From: Takakia lepidozioides
Lineage: Eukaryota; Plantae; Bryophyta
Assembly: GCA_030704615.1 (NCBI GenBank)
Contig: CM060733.1
Coordinates: forward strand, 19,344,001-19,408,000
Length of the DNA: 64,000 nt
Reading direction: 5' to 3'
Made by a program: the position numbers and the translations under genes. Positions within the stretch are counted from its first letter, which is position 1, and each line of letters begins with the position of its first letter. The notes under the pieces are model-generated. The model made no database searches. It worked only from the letters and a program-made list of their open reading frames with translations, and was not told the origin of the DNA. Shown in pieces: positions 11,901 through 23,630 of the stretch.

Positions 11901-13145
11901 CTTCTGGACTTGTTTGGCGGGATCAGCACTGGATTGGCTGTAGTGCTGCAGGCATGTGTACGAGTTCGACGTTATCTGTATGTGGAGAGGGATGAGACTG
12001 CACGACGCGTCTCACTACGCCATGTTGCTCAGTTGGTACAGCAGTACCCTGATTTGTTGCCAGTGTCTGCAGTTCGTGGATACCAACAAGCCTTGCCAGC
12101 AGACATTTCGTTGCTGGGGGCGTAGGATTTGGAGCAGGTTGGCTCCATTGATCTGGTAGTGGCAGGTTGGCCCTGCCAAGGGCATTCATCAGCCGGGCAT
12201 GGCAATGGATTGCGAGACTCGAGGACGGGTCTGTTTTGGGAGATGATGCGGGTTTTGCACCACTTGCAGCTTCATCAAGTTGTATCTCCAGCATACATCT
12301 TGGAGAATGTGCCACTGATGGGTGATTCTCGGGCCAGGGTGATGGCCAGTGTGCATCAAGTCCAGTCGTGGCTTGGGTCAGCAGTGTTGCTGGATGCAGC
12401 TGCAGTAGGGTCACGGGCTCATCGTCCACGGCTATGGTGGACTAACTTGATGCCACCCGCACTGCTCAAGCGTGCATTTGATGGGGTGCAGCGGCCAGCA
12501 CACCTCACAGTGGATAGCATTTTGGACACAGGGAGGCAGTCTCAACGTGTGAGACACGCTGACCGTTCGCCTTTGGCAGTGGTCAACAGGGTGGGTCAAC
12601 CACGAGCAGCATTACCTACACTGCTCAGCTTCTCAGGATCTCATGCTTTTCGGGATGGTGGACCTGGCCTCTTGTGGGATAGCCAGTTGCAACAATTAGT
12701 GGAGCCCAATGCTGACGAGCGCGAGCGGGCGATGGGTTTTACCACTAGTACCACGGCGGTGCCATTTCTTTCTGAGGCATCACGTCGTCAGGTGTTGGGG
12801 CAAGCAATGGATCTCAATTGCTTGACCTGGATTATCAGCTTGGCTATGGCTGAGCAGCGCCGAGTACGGAGTACACTTCCCTTCATGGTCTCCCTGCCTA
12901 CCGAGACGGTACAGGCAGCGAGTGGGGGCGAGCAGGTGAGGACCATGAGGTGCAGGCCGCATCCATGGCACACGTGGGAGGTGCTCGAGGTTCAGAATGA
13001 GTTGGCAGCCAAGGCGGCGGTGATGGATCAGGTTGGGGAATTTTCTCGGGTTGAGGAGGTCCTCAAGAATGGAATGATGGGGCAGGGTGAGACATTGTCA
13101 CTGATAGAGGAGGCAGTGGTCACTGCTCAAGAGGTTGCAGCATAG
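8979..13145 (+). pseudogene. Gag-aspartic protease-C5 DNA methyltransferase polyprotein (copy 1)
   Basis: One frame with premature stops at 9483, 11373 and 12123 (CGA/CAG in copy 2). Zinc knuckle CGHCGKYGHEDAQC, protease VLLDSGAQ and MTase motifs are present. It ends at the TAG shared with copy 2. Confidence 0.9.
11895..12850 (+). other. DNMT3/DRM-like cytosine-5 methyltransferase domain
   Basis: Motif I LLDLFGGISTG, II YVERD, IV VAGWPCQGHS (catalytic PC), VI ILENV, VIII AHRPRLWWTN, IX ERERAMGF, X RRQVLGQAMD, all in canonical order. Confidence 0.95.
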
Positions 13146-13151
13146 CAACCA
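13143..13151 (+). promoter_or_regulatory. Stop-codon readthrough signal UAG-CAA-CCA (UAG-CAR-YYA type)
   Basis: GCA TAG CAA CCA CGG, identical in copy 2 (46398-46390); RT follows in the same frame. Confidence 0.8.
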
Positions 13152-16100
13152 CGGGACGCGTCTTCTACCTCTAAGCCTGTTGGACTCAAGGTTGCAGTCA
13201 CGGAGGACAACTGGGAGCCTGATGTTGGACCTATAGTCACTGGAGGATAGAGACGACGTATACGGCGGTTCTTGAGGGCTTACAGGAACTGCTTTGCCTT
13301 CAATTTGAAGGACTTAAGAGCACTGAAGGGTCAAGAGATTCGCATTGAATTGGCTACTGACACGCCAATCTTTCGGAGACCCTATAGATACAGTGACATG
13401 GAGAGGTCCTTGATTCAGATGAGAACTCAGGACCTTTGGGAGGCTGGTTTGGTGGAGCTATCTGGGGGAGAGTATGCTTCAACCATAGTGATGCCAGCCA
13501 AGAAGGATGTCTATGGCAATTGGACGGAGAGACGTATGTGCGGTGATTACCGGCCTGTAAATCGTCAGACCAAGTCCGATAGGTATGTTATGCCGACACC
13601 AGAGGAGATCTTTGATGTCATTGGGCATGTCAAGGTCTTTAGCACTTTGGATTTACGATCCAGATATCACCAGTTGCCAATCAAGGAGGTGGATAAGCAG
13701 AAGACGACATTCTGGGGGATCAATGAGCACGGGAAGGATTGCCTATACCAGTGGCGGTTCTTACCATTTGGGCTTAAAAACGCTCCTGCAGAGTTTCAAA
13801 GAGTCATGGACATGATTCTAGCAGGGGTGGAGTTTGCTCGGTGCTACATAGATGATATCATCATCTTTAGTGCTACGGTGGAGGAGCATGAGAAACACCT
13901 TCAGGTGGTATTTGAGCGCTTGAGGGCGCACAAATTGAAGTTACATTCGGGAAAGTGCAAGTTTTTCCACAACCAGATTGAGTATCTGGGTCACATGATA
14001 TATCCTGGAGGATTGGGGGTACAGCAGACTAAGGTAGAGTCCATTGCACATTTTCCACGCCCCATGGATGTGAGCCGAGTTCGAGCTTTCATGGGGTTAG
14101 CAAACTATTATAGACGGTTTGTCAAGGGATTTAGTGCCATTGCAAAGGCTCTAACCAAGCTAACCAAGGTGGATCAGGAGTGGCAGTGGGAAGATGAGTA
14201 AGAACGAGCTTTCCAAGAGCTCAAGGCGAGGTTGACCTCGGTGCCCATCTTGAGACGACCTATCAGGGGGCAACCTTTTCAGCTGCATACAGATTGGAGC
14301 ATGCTAGGGCTTGGAGCGGTGCTCACACAGGAGGACGATGAGGGAAGATAGTTCGTAGTGGCTTATGCTAGTCGCTCGAACAACGCTGCAGAGGCTAAGT
14401 ATAGCTCATATGAGGGAGAGTGCTTAGCTGTAGTGTGGGCCGTGGCACACTTCAGGTGCTATCTACATGGCAATCTCTTCACCCTTGTCACGGATCACCA
14501 GCCACTCAAGTGGTTGATGGAGTCAGACAAGCTTACATGGAAGCTTGCACGGTGGGCACTCATACTTCAAGAGTATGACTTTCAGGTTGTGCATCGACCA
14601 GGTTTGGTCAATTGCAATGCAGATGGGTTGAGTCGCAATCCATGCACGAGCCAGCAGGATGACACTGGAGCTCGGTGGCATGGTGAGACGGATGAGGAGA
14701 TGGTGCCCGGATGGCATGCATCTGTATTTCTGTGTATCTTGGCATCGAAAGGCCAGGTTGGACCTGCAACAGGGATGACTGTAGATCAAGTGTCTGAGGA
14801 CCCTGAGGCCAGCAATGAGCAAGGTGGCGCCAAAGATATACATGAGGATTCAGCTGTGTTGGACTATCTCCGCACTGGAGACACAACAGCCACTGTGACT
14901 GCCAAGAAGAGGGATCAGATCCTACAACGAGCCAAGAGGTTCAAGTGGGAGGGGACACACCTGCTCCGAGTGTGGGAGGATGGTCGAGTGAGGATTGTGC
15001 CTCACCCAACACAGCGGGCATGGTTAGTGCGGCATGCCCATGAGGAGTTGGGGCATTTTGGGGTGCGACGCACTCATAGTCTACTGCAGGGGCAGTATTG
15101 GTGGTGTGGTATGCACACAAAGGTGCAACAATTTGTGGCTAGGTGCAAGGTATGTGATAGGGTGCGTGCTTCATTCAACGCCCCTACTCCACAATTGCAC
15201 CCTCTTCCGATCATGGGATTGGGCTACAGGTGGAGTCTTGACTTCGCAGGGCCGTTGCCACTGACCATGCGCCACAACAAGTACGTGTTGATGATGGTGG
15301 AGCACTTCTCCAAGTGGATTGAGTTGGTTCTATTTCCGGATAAGGCTAGTGAGGGAGCTGCGTATGCATTCTTGGATTGTGTGCTTAGCCGATTCGGTGC
15401 TCTAGCTGAGGTACTCACGGACGAAGGGAGAGAGTTATTGGGGGAGTTTCAGGCTGTGTGTGACAAGGCCTTGATAGACCACCACACCACTTCTCGGGAT
15501 CATCCTGAGGCCGATGGCTTGGCAGAGAGAGTTGTTCAGACAGTAAATAGAGGTTTGCGCAAGTATGGCTTGCAGAAGGGACACCTAGGAGATTGGGACC
15601 TTCAGTTACCCTGGTTAGCCATGGGCTACAGGTTCAGCAAGCAAGCACCACTTGCCTCATTCTCACCATACTTTCTTCTCTTTGGCCGAGAGCCGGATTT
15701 GCCTACATCCATTCGTAGAGAAGCTGCTACAGTTCTTAACCTTGACGATCCGGACGTGTGGGCACGTGCATGTGATCAGCGTGCAGAGTTGTTCAAGAAA
15801 GTCATGCCCATGGCTTTCGAGAACCTTGCCATTGCACAACATCGTGATACGTTGAGGTATGCTACCATACGTGGTGGGGGCTATCGTCCTGGGGTTCGGA
15901 GACTCAACCCTGGTGACTATGTCTATCTGCAGCAGACTGCTCCTACGACCTTGGATGTGACTGCAAGACATGTTATTTTGAGGGTTCGAGAGGTCTTGCC
16001 CTCAAGCGTCTTGATCCTGGAGGGTCGGGATGGCATAACTTGGAAGGACCATGTGCGTAATTGTGCGCCATGTCACCTTCCAAATGTCGATGGCAGGATT

Positions 16101-16280
16101 GACCCAAACCTGGCAGTGGTGCCCGCAAGTTTGAGGTGCATGTTGTGTGGGTCTGCTAGAGGGGCAGCAACCATGCTGGTGTGTGATCGATGCTCTAGAG
16201 GTTGGCATATGGGATGCTTGACTCCACCTCTTGAGATGGTTCCTGATGGGAATTGGTTATGTCCGCATTGCATTGGATAG
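13146..16280 (+). pseudogene. RT-RNase H-integrase-PHD finger (copy 1)
   Basis: LPFGLKNAPAEFQR, YIDDII, HTDWS..LGAVL, HHCC zinc finger, WSLDFAG/LTDEG/GLAER (DDE) and C-terminal C4HC3 PHD. Same frame as gag, with stops at 13248, 14199 and 14349. Confidence 0.93.
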
Positions 16281-16528
16281 TGGGAGTGGATACAACCATG
16301 GAAGGCTAACAAGAAATGCAAGGCCAAGCTACTAGGAGACCTTGAACACACGAGATCCTGGCTCAAGTTCACAGATTGCAAGACGGCGACTAACGATGGG
16401 GCTACTCTTGTACCCGGCCTCTTGGTCTATAGAGTTTGAGTACAATAGGGACAGTGATAGAGGACTTAGTACGGTTGTGGCTATTACATCTTGTAGCTAT
16501 CTGGAGTTAGAGGGACCTATCCACCAGC

Positions 16529-16625
16529 TAGGGGGGCGATTGTGGCAGACTACTTTATTGTGCATATATGTGTGGTGTAGTTTGGACAGCGATGTAGTTG
16601 TGTAGCGATATGTATGCGCACGACA
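16529..16625 (+). repeat. Polypurine tract (AGGGGGGCGA) followed by 3' terminal repeat A (16541-16625)
   Basis: PPT immediately precedes TGTGGCAGAC...GCACGACA, which is followed by CATT. Confidence 0.88.
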
Positions 16626-16990
16626 CATTACCTATTGGGAAGGAAGTTTATGTTTTATGTGGATCATCAAGCTTTGATTTATCTAGTGAACAAGCCTTTG
16701 ATAAGTGGCAAGATAGCAAGATGGATGATAATCTTGCACGAGTTTGAATTCGAAGTTGTTTACAAGCCTGGCCGTTTGCATCTTGTGGCAGATCACTTGT
16801 CACGGCTATCAACAGGAGAGGCCGCCACGGGAGTAGACGACCAGCTACCTGATACGAGTTTATTTGCAGTGGAGGTGCAGGGAAGTGCAGATGATTGGTT
16901 AGATTGGCAGTGGCCAATCAAATACTACCTTACTTATGGTTAGTGCCCACCCCGTTATGGGAAGGAGCAAAGGAAAAGAATAGCTATCAA
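16626..16990 (+). pseudogene. Continuation of the older Gypsy RNase H interrupted at CATT
   Basis: HYLLGRKFMFYVDHQALIYLVNK...IARW...FEFEVVYKPG...VADHLSR joins in frame to AMIYAVKKFR read on the - strand at about 2715-2682. Confidence 0.9.
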
Positions 16991-16993
16991 GGC

Positions 16994-18799
16994 TTACTTT
17001 TTCAAGATTTCTTCCAGTCTTTTCTCATAGTTGTCCCTCTTCAACTTTTCCTTCTTTTTGCTCTTCCTTTTGAGCTCTTGCTCTTCTTCCTCATCTGACT
17101 CATCTTCAGAATCCTCATCATCTCTTTTATTTCTCCTGAGCATTCCCAATTGCTCAATTCTATTGGTTGTTTCGAATGCCTCTTCCACTTTATTATGGGG
17201 TAGCATATCCAATTTCTTTTGTAATGCAGGTCTTAGTCCACTCACAAACCAGGTCTTCTGTAATCCTGGTGCTGGTACAGCAACCAACTTTTCCATCATT
17301 AACTCCATCTTTTCCATGTATTCTTCAACAGTTTCATGCTTCTTTTGCCTTAACTGTTGAAAACTCCCATACACTTCATCCTCAGTTTTGCTTGTCCTGA
17401 ACCTATTTCGGAATGCCCGTACTAAGGCCATTCCAGGTTAGGAAATGATTATTAGAAAACCTTGCATACCATTTACTTGCTTCTTGATAAGTGAACAAGG
17501 AAACAGTCTCATCTTGGCATCATCGCCATTCTCATTGTTCACAATACACATATGCTCAAATTGGCTGATGTGTACATCATGATCCCCTTTTCCTGCATAT
17601 ATTGGAAAAGGTGGTTTTGCCCGTGTTGGAGGTACCGCCATCTGTGACCTTACACCCTGCCCACTGACAGGTGCTGGTCCTCCTGTTGGTGCTGGTCCTT
17701 GAGGACCTGCTGTTGTAGTGGTGGAACTCCCACCAAGTGTTGGCCCCTGAGCACTCCCTGCTACTGGCCCCTCTATACTTATAGTATCCCCAGCTCCAGT
17801 TGCACTACTTCCCACACTCCCTGTCCCCCCAAAGCTAGATCCAAGCTGCCACCTGATCCCCCTGAGCCGACACCTTTGTTGGCCTGTGATTCAAGTGCTC
17901 CACTCTAGGTCCAACAGGTTGGGATGTCATGGTTGTAGTCTCAACCTCAACTGTTGGGTCTACTTCTTCATACTCTTCATCTTCCAAATTCTTCTCTCTG
18001 TTTTTATCTTCCAAGTTCTTCTCTTGGATTTCCTCTTCCTCACTCATATAACTCATCTGAAGTGGTGTTGAAGAGTCTGAACTCTCCGTTGGCTCTTCCA
18101 CATCTTCCTCTCCTTCTTCGTCTCATGATTCAGAAACTGGAGTTCCTGCTTTTGGTGTCCCATGCCAACTCTGATCAAAGATTTCTGTCAAATCTTTAAT
18201 CCAGGGATGTACCTCAGATCTTTCCCCTCGTGGCTGATCTTCTTCCTGTATCAAATCCCTTAATCTTTCTTGTAAAGAATATGAAGGAGTGGCATCCAAC
18301 TCTGGTTCTTCCGGTATGGATGATGTACTCTCTGGTCTTAATGGTGTGAGAGGTCCAGATGATTCCCCTATGTCTATTCTTCTCTCCCAAAGATATGGAT
18401 AATTAGCTTTCAAATAACATTCTCTTTTTGCTGAATATTTGTGAAGTCTAGCTTCTCTTTCATCACTCATGTCCCATGTCTTTCATATCTTTAATGAGGC
18501 AATAACCAAAACTCTCTTCTGTAGTATCTCTCGTATATGCCTGGATTTCTCTCAAGTTTTAATGCACCCTTGGCTATACTAGAAGTCTCCGTTACCATAT
18601 AACCATATGGCAAGCACGTCTGGAAAGCTGTTCTTGGTGTGAGTTTGATCCACAGGATATCCTTAGGAATCCAATTCTTTACCAGTACAAGTTCTTCATG
18701 CATGTGAGTGTAAACATTCACTTTCCGTTCCTCCCAGCTTTCAAACTCCACTCGTTTAATGGATAGCAATGATATCACAAAACCAGAGTTGGTAACCAA
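16994..18799 (-). pseudogene. Gypsy-type gag remnant with upstream acidic/unknown ORFs
   Basis: FPIYAGKGDHDVHISQFEHMC, LFPCSL, LRQKKHETVEEY, WFVSGLRP (retrotransposon gag), frameshifted. Confidence 0.75.
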
Positions 18800-19714
18800 C
18801 TTGCTCTCCCTCTACAGGCCACCTGATAAATCTTTATCACTCCCTTCTCCAGACCCTACTCAGAATCAGCATCATGCACTCTCTTAAGAATGTTTTCTTT
18901 GCAACCATCTGGCAATTCCAAGAACCTCTGAAAGAATTGTTTGGACAATCTTTCTTTCTCAGTTCCACAGGGAATTTGATTCATATCAAATTCTTTGATT
19001 CTCTAACCACCATGATCCCACCAGATGCCTGTCACATCTGGTTGTTCTCGACTCAGTTCCCCAGTATGGTCGCCAAATGTCGAGCGGCTTTTACTCACCC
19101 ATCCCTTCCCTATCTGAGGAGGAAATTCCAAGATAGAAGAGTTGGATATCTCTAAGCACTCTGCCCGCGCAGAACAATCAGTCATGACCTACAGCTAGTG
19201 TATCATGAAGGTACTTCCTATTTGTATTCCTTCTCACATTCATATTAGCAAGTTACCTTACTGTCTATGTTTAAGTATCAGATTGCTTCAGCAATCTACC
19301 AGGTTCCAATCACTCATCCATTCATTCCACAGCTTCATTCAAGTCTCTCTACACAGTGTGAGTATGAAATATGTATCAGATTAATATCTATCAAGTATCA
19401 GGCCGAAGCCATGGTGTCTCTAGTCTGCTCTACAGTACAACTCTACAGCTTGCATGAATGAAGCATCAACAGTTCGTTTCTCCTCCTCCACTGCGCTCTC
19501 CATCCCTCAGCTCCAGATCGTTCTTCTCCTCCCCGATGACCAAATCGTGATTCCCAAGAAGTGTCTCTCCCTGTTGCTACTCTGTCTATTCTACCTGCAA
19601 GCTGTTCTAACTGCCTAACTAACCAACTGTCATCCAGACAGAATGCACGTTTCCTCTGCAGATGTCGTTCCCACACAGTCGTTCCTTGCCGCTAATAACC
19701 GTTCCCTGTGAATG

Positions 19715-19810
19715 CTGTGATGGGCTGTGCCAAACTGTGTCGGGCTGTGACTGGCTGTGTTGGGCTGTGTCAGACTGTGAGAGACTGTGATGGGCTGTGA
19801 TAGGCTGTGT
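19715..19810. repeat. 10-bp period minisatellite (NNNGCTGTGN)
   Basis: gggctgtgcc aaactgtgtc gggctgtgac tggctgtgtt gggctgtgtc agactgtgag agactgtgat gggctgtgat. Confidence 0.8.
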
Positions 19811-19845
19811 ATTCCAAGTTGCAGTCCGACCTCACCTGCATCAAT

Positions 19846-20168
19846 GTGGAGAATCGTCATATCATTTTTACTCCCCGCAAGCGTGCTCGTTTGGACAAAG
19901 ACACTAAGGCAGAATAGATAGTGGTGACATTGGTTTTGTTTAGCTTTGCTTTGATATTTGAGTCACTCTTTTGATTTATAGCTCAGAGTTTTCACTCTCC
20001 AGAAGATGGGGTTTTTCCCCATAAGGGTTTTGTCCTTCGCTCAATTTGCAGAGCAAGGTTTTCCCTTCTGAGGTTTTTTCATCCCATCTTCGTGACTTGC
20101 TCTTGATGCTTTGTCTTAGTTTTCCTGCTCACTGGAGCTCGCACCTTTGTGTGCTAGGAGGTTTTACA
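19846..20168 (-). repeat. Possible 5' LTR of the gag-bearing element
   Basis: Minus strand reads TGTAAAACC...TATAAAT...CTCCACA upstream of gag; no second copy in the window. Confidence 0.35.
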
Positions 20169-22883
20169 TATGTGACGACTGGATTCCACCTACCTTGATA
20201 TTCTTTCTCAGTGATGAATGTGGATGATAAAGGGTGGATGAAGGACCGTTATGAAAAGTCGGGATGAATAGGTGCGCTGGCAGATCTATTAATAAAATTA
20301 GGATGTCTTATGTTAACAGCTAGTTTATCCCTAAGTTAGAGGATCTCTAGAAGGTCACTTGGCTACAGTCTAGGGGGGGGAAGCTTCTGTGTGAGCCTGG
20401 CCGCGTGAGCCTCTGAGCACGTGATTTGGGAGTTAGCTGCTTCTCCGGCTCTTTTGTATTGAGTGCTTGTATAAGTCTCTCCTGAATGTCCTTGTTAGTG
20501 CGTGGTGCAAGCACTGCGGCGTTGTCATTCAGTTTCCTCACACGACCTCGTCAAATGGCATGTCTTGTTTCCCTCTTGTTTCGGAAGGTCAAGATATAAC
20601 ACTATTTTAACTAATTAGATGGACTTTTGTTTGGTCCAGAAATAATATGAGAAATATGAATAAATAAAATTTCTTATTGAAATAAAGCGATATATATATA
20701 TATGATTATTTTGGTTATTTTATGCACAATATAACCATGAACAATAATCCTCCAAACATTTTTTGGAGACAATATAAGTATGTATTGTGGTTTTAAAAGA
20801 ACATCTACTGCCAAGTTGACGTTCACGAAAAAAATGGGAGGATGCAATAAATTACACCATGATGTCAGGTCAGATATGTAAAATTTTTTGCACAAAATGG
20901 TTGCCATATCAGATGACACAAAACCAAACATAGAACAATCATGGCATGTGATGAGAGGATGACATGAAAGAATGTGTCTGCATACATTGATGATAAACAT
21001 TCATATTTTATTAGAGATTGCAACTTTGGCGTTGCAGTCAGACATAATGTAACGTCAACTGTACATCCGTTGGACTTAATGTTATCTAGCGGCTCGAAAC
21101 CATACAACGGCTTACACTAACCCATTAATATTATAGAACCTCCTCCCAAACGGCTCGCAGTCAGGGCATGTGTTCGAAGACGCCTCCGGTTACCACAACC
21201 ACTTGCAAACGGTCTCCGCACCAGAGGAAACGGAAATACTTTCGGAGAACTCGAACCTAGTAGTAACATTATCATCCGAAATGTTACTTGGAACTCTACT
21301 TGTTGAATCTCTTGATGCCCTTGAAGCCTGCCGGGAAGCCCGCCATTCTTGCCAATCACGAAGCTCTTCTTCTTCTTTTTGAATTCACTTCTGGAATGTG
21401 ACTGGGCAAAACAATTTTTCATATGACAAATATCAGCTGAAATGTGGAACATTTGTAGAAAAAATGATAAAGTAAAAGTGCAAGTGGAAGACACTCTCAA
21501 GATCAAATTCTCCATAAACAACAAACAGTGGGATAAGTACATACCAAGGTAATTAGGTTCCTTTTGTTGTGGGATCCAAACACGAGGATCAATATATCTT
21601 CCATACCAAGCCCAATAGGCATGGTCGCGACCAATAGGCTTACGAGAACACTTGGCAGGGTTCTCGCTGATGTAATCTGCAAACGAAAGTGGAGAAACGG
21701 TTTTGAAATGTACCATTGAAGCCTTATTGGAATGTCTTGCAGAAGAACAGTGGATTCCCGCGGGCTTGGATTGACGAGGCGCCACAACATCCGAGGGAGT
21801 CATCATGTGTTTGGAGTTCGCTTTTTTTTTCTTGTCAGCCTTTTGTCCGTTGGAAAGATTTCCTGCAGATGAAGGAAATGGCTCGGGGGCTATTTTTCGC
21901 CTCTTTGGTGCAAAACACAGGGACATGCTGTGTCGATGTTGGAGCTGTTTTGCCATTGAATGACGGGAGGAGTGGAGGGGCAACAACAGACAAGCACAAA
22001 AAATTGTCCCTTGAGCACTCGACATCTTGGATGGAATGAAAACGCAACGAATGAATAATTTACCTCGACGAAACTGCATTCCAATGCAGATGTCGTTTGA
22101 CAGGAAGGTCATAATCTGCAGATTTTTTGACCTGGAGCGACAGATGAATATCAGACCCCAAACTAAGTGAAACTAGGAGAATGAACAAAAAGCGAAAAAT
22201 GAGTTTAAGTCACCTGACTCCTGCGGATTTGGGCTGTCCAACCCTCGTGCTGGGGAGATATGCAAGGAAGAGAGGTGCAGCGAAGCCGTAGCCGAGTCCC
22301 TGACGGTTGCCCTGCGGGTTGGATAGACCGGACCCTGCGTACTGAGTAGGGAGGGTGAGGAATGTTGGGAAAGGTCGATAAAGTTTCTGGGATATTTGTG
22401 TTCTTCACCTACACCTTGGACTTTACACCCAGGAGGACCCGAGAAGAGAAGAGTGTCGCCCGCTTCCCGGGAGGAGAAGGGTCTGACAGAGGATCCATCC
22501 TCAATTTGAGCACCATCGTGAACCCTCGGAAAGCCTTCAATACTCCAACTCATTGCTGATCCGGAGGGTTCCTTTAGGGGACTTGAGGAACCGATGACGT
22601 CGTCAGCATCTCCTTGAACCTACCAAAGAGACACAATCATAAATCCGGGAGTGCAAGAATGTGAATCTCCACTGAACAGTGGAGGCCACTACATATAGTC
22701 ATGTCCCCGTATGAAGGCCTGTATCAGAGTCTTGGGATTGCCCGAAATGTGCATCAAGAATTTAGCAGAAAATGAGTGAAAAGGAGAGTACCATATCTAA
22801 CATGTGTGTGATTACAAGGCAATGAAAATCAGAAAATGAAGATATTCAATCGCTCGAGTGAGATGGGATTGATCAAAAATAAT

Positions 22884-23630
22884 TTATTTTGAAGCATCAT
22901 ATCTAAGACTCTTAAAATCATTGTCCTCAATAAAATCCCAGAGTGGCATAAACTTGGGATCGTTTGAAACATTGGGAAAAAGACTCAACCCTATCCGTTT
23001 TTTCCTAAGATAGCTTGAAACAGTGGGATGTTTCCTCATTCCAAGCAAATAGGTCTGAAGAACCTTGAGAAGATAACAACCATCAGTCTCCACGGTCTGG
23101 ACCGGTTTGAGAACAAGACATGAGTCGGGCGGGTTCAATACACACTTCAAGGCAGTGTCGTCAATGAGCAGAGTGTTACTCTTGGTGTATTGTCCACCAA
23201 ATCTCTGCCAGACCTTGACCAGTGGCTTCAAAAATAAATGAGGAGGGTCCAATCCTAATTTGAATTGAGGGTGAACTGAATTAGGACATGAAATACAATC
23301 CTCTTGAGACATAACGAAGGCCACTTGAGGTAGACCACAAAGCAAAAAATCCAAGATGGGCTGCAAGTTCTTGTACATCATAGAGCTCCAAATCCATAAC
23401 TGGAAGTGTTTGTGCAACTTTGTCCACACTTCGCGATATTTCTCCCGTCTAAAGACAAGTCGGAATCCGACAAGAGCTGGAATTATGTAGTCCGATTCTG
23501 AAAAGCGGGGGACATTGTAGCTCTTCTGGTGCTTCAAGATTTTGCAAAAGACTCCATTCACGTCAAAAATAATCAAACGCAACCCTTGCGCATGAGGAGA
23601 AACAGGTGCTCCAATCTGCCAGAGAGTCAT
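22884..23630 (-). CDS. FCP1/NIF-like HAD-superfamily phosphatase
   Basis: LIIFDVNGVF (motif I variant), WIWSSMM, LFLKPL.KVW, NTLLIDDT..KC.LNP; intact 248-aa ORF. Confidence 0.8.
   Translation of the reverse strand: MTLWQIGAPVSPHAQGLRLIIFDVNGVFCKILKHQKSYNVPRFSESDYIIPALVGFRLVFRREKYREVWTKLHKHFQLWIWSSMMYKNLQPILDFLLCGLPQVAFVMSQEDCISCPNSVHPQFKLGLDPPHLFLKPLVKVWQRFGGQYTKSNTLLIDDTALKCVLNPPDSCLVLKPVQTVETDGCYLLKVLQTYLLGMRKHPTVSSYLRKKRIGLSLFPNVSNDPKFMPLWDFIEDNDFKSLRYDASK

Larger units (their letters stand above)
5475..16625 (+). mobile_element. DNMT-encoding Ty3/Gypsy retrotransposon, copy 1 (B-internal-PPT-A)
   Basis: Begins TGTCAAG and ends GCACGACA. ORF0, gag, PR, C5-MTase, RT, RH, IN and PHD are colinear with copy 2 from 7407 onwards (copy 2 from 52148). 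Confidence 0.95.

Noticed and set aside
11895-12850. Host DRM/DNMT3 gene or bacterial contamination
   Set aside because: Intron-less, in frame with gag-PR, and at the same position in two independent insertions.
9885-16381. Numerous antisense and alternate-frame ORFs over the retroelements
   Set aside because: Shadow ORFs of GC-rich coding sequence; their similarity between copies just reflects nucleotide identity.
19835-19850. Self-priming PBS for the older gag element
   Set aside because: Only a 7-nt complement to the putative LTR, which is not significant.
21117-22112. 331-aa protein as predicted
   Set aside because: It appears to read through intron-like AT-rich segments and has no recognisable domain; probably exons of an unknown transposon gene.
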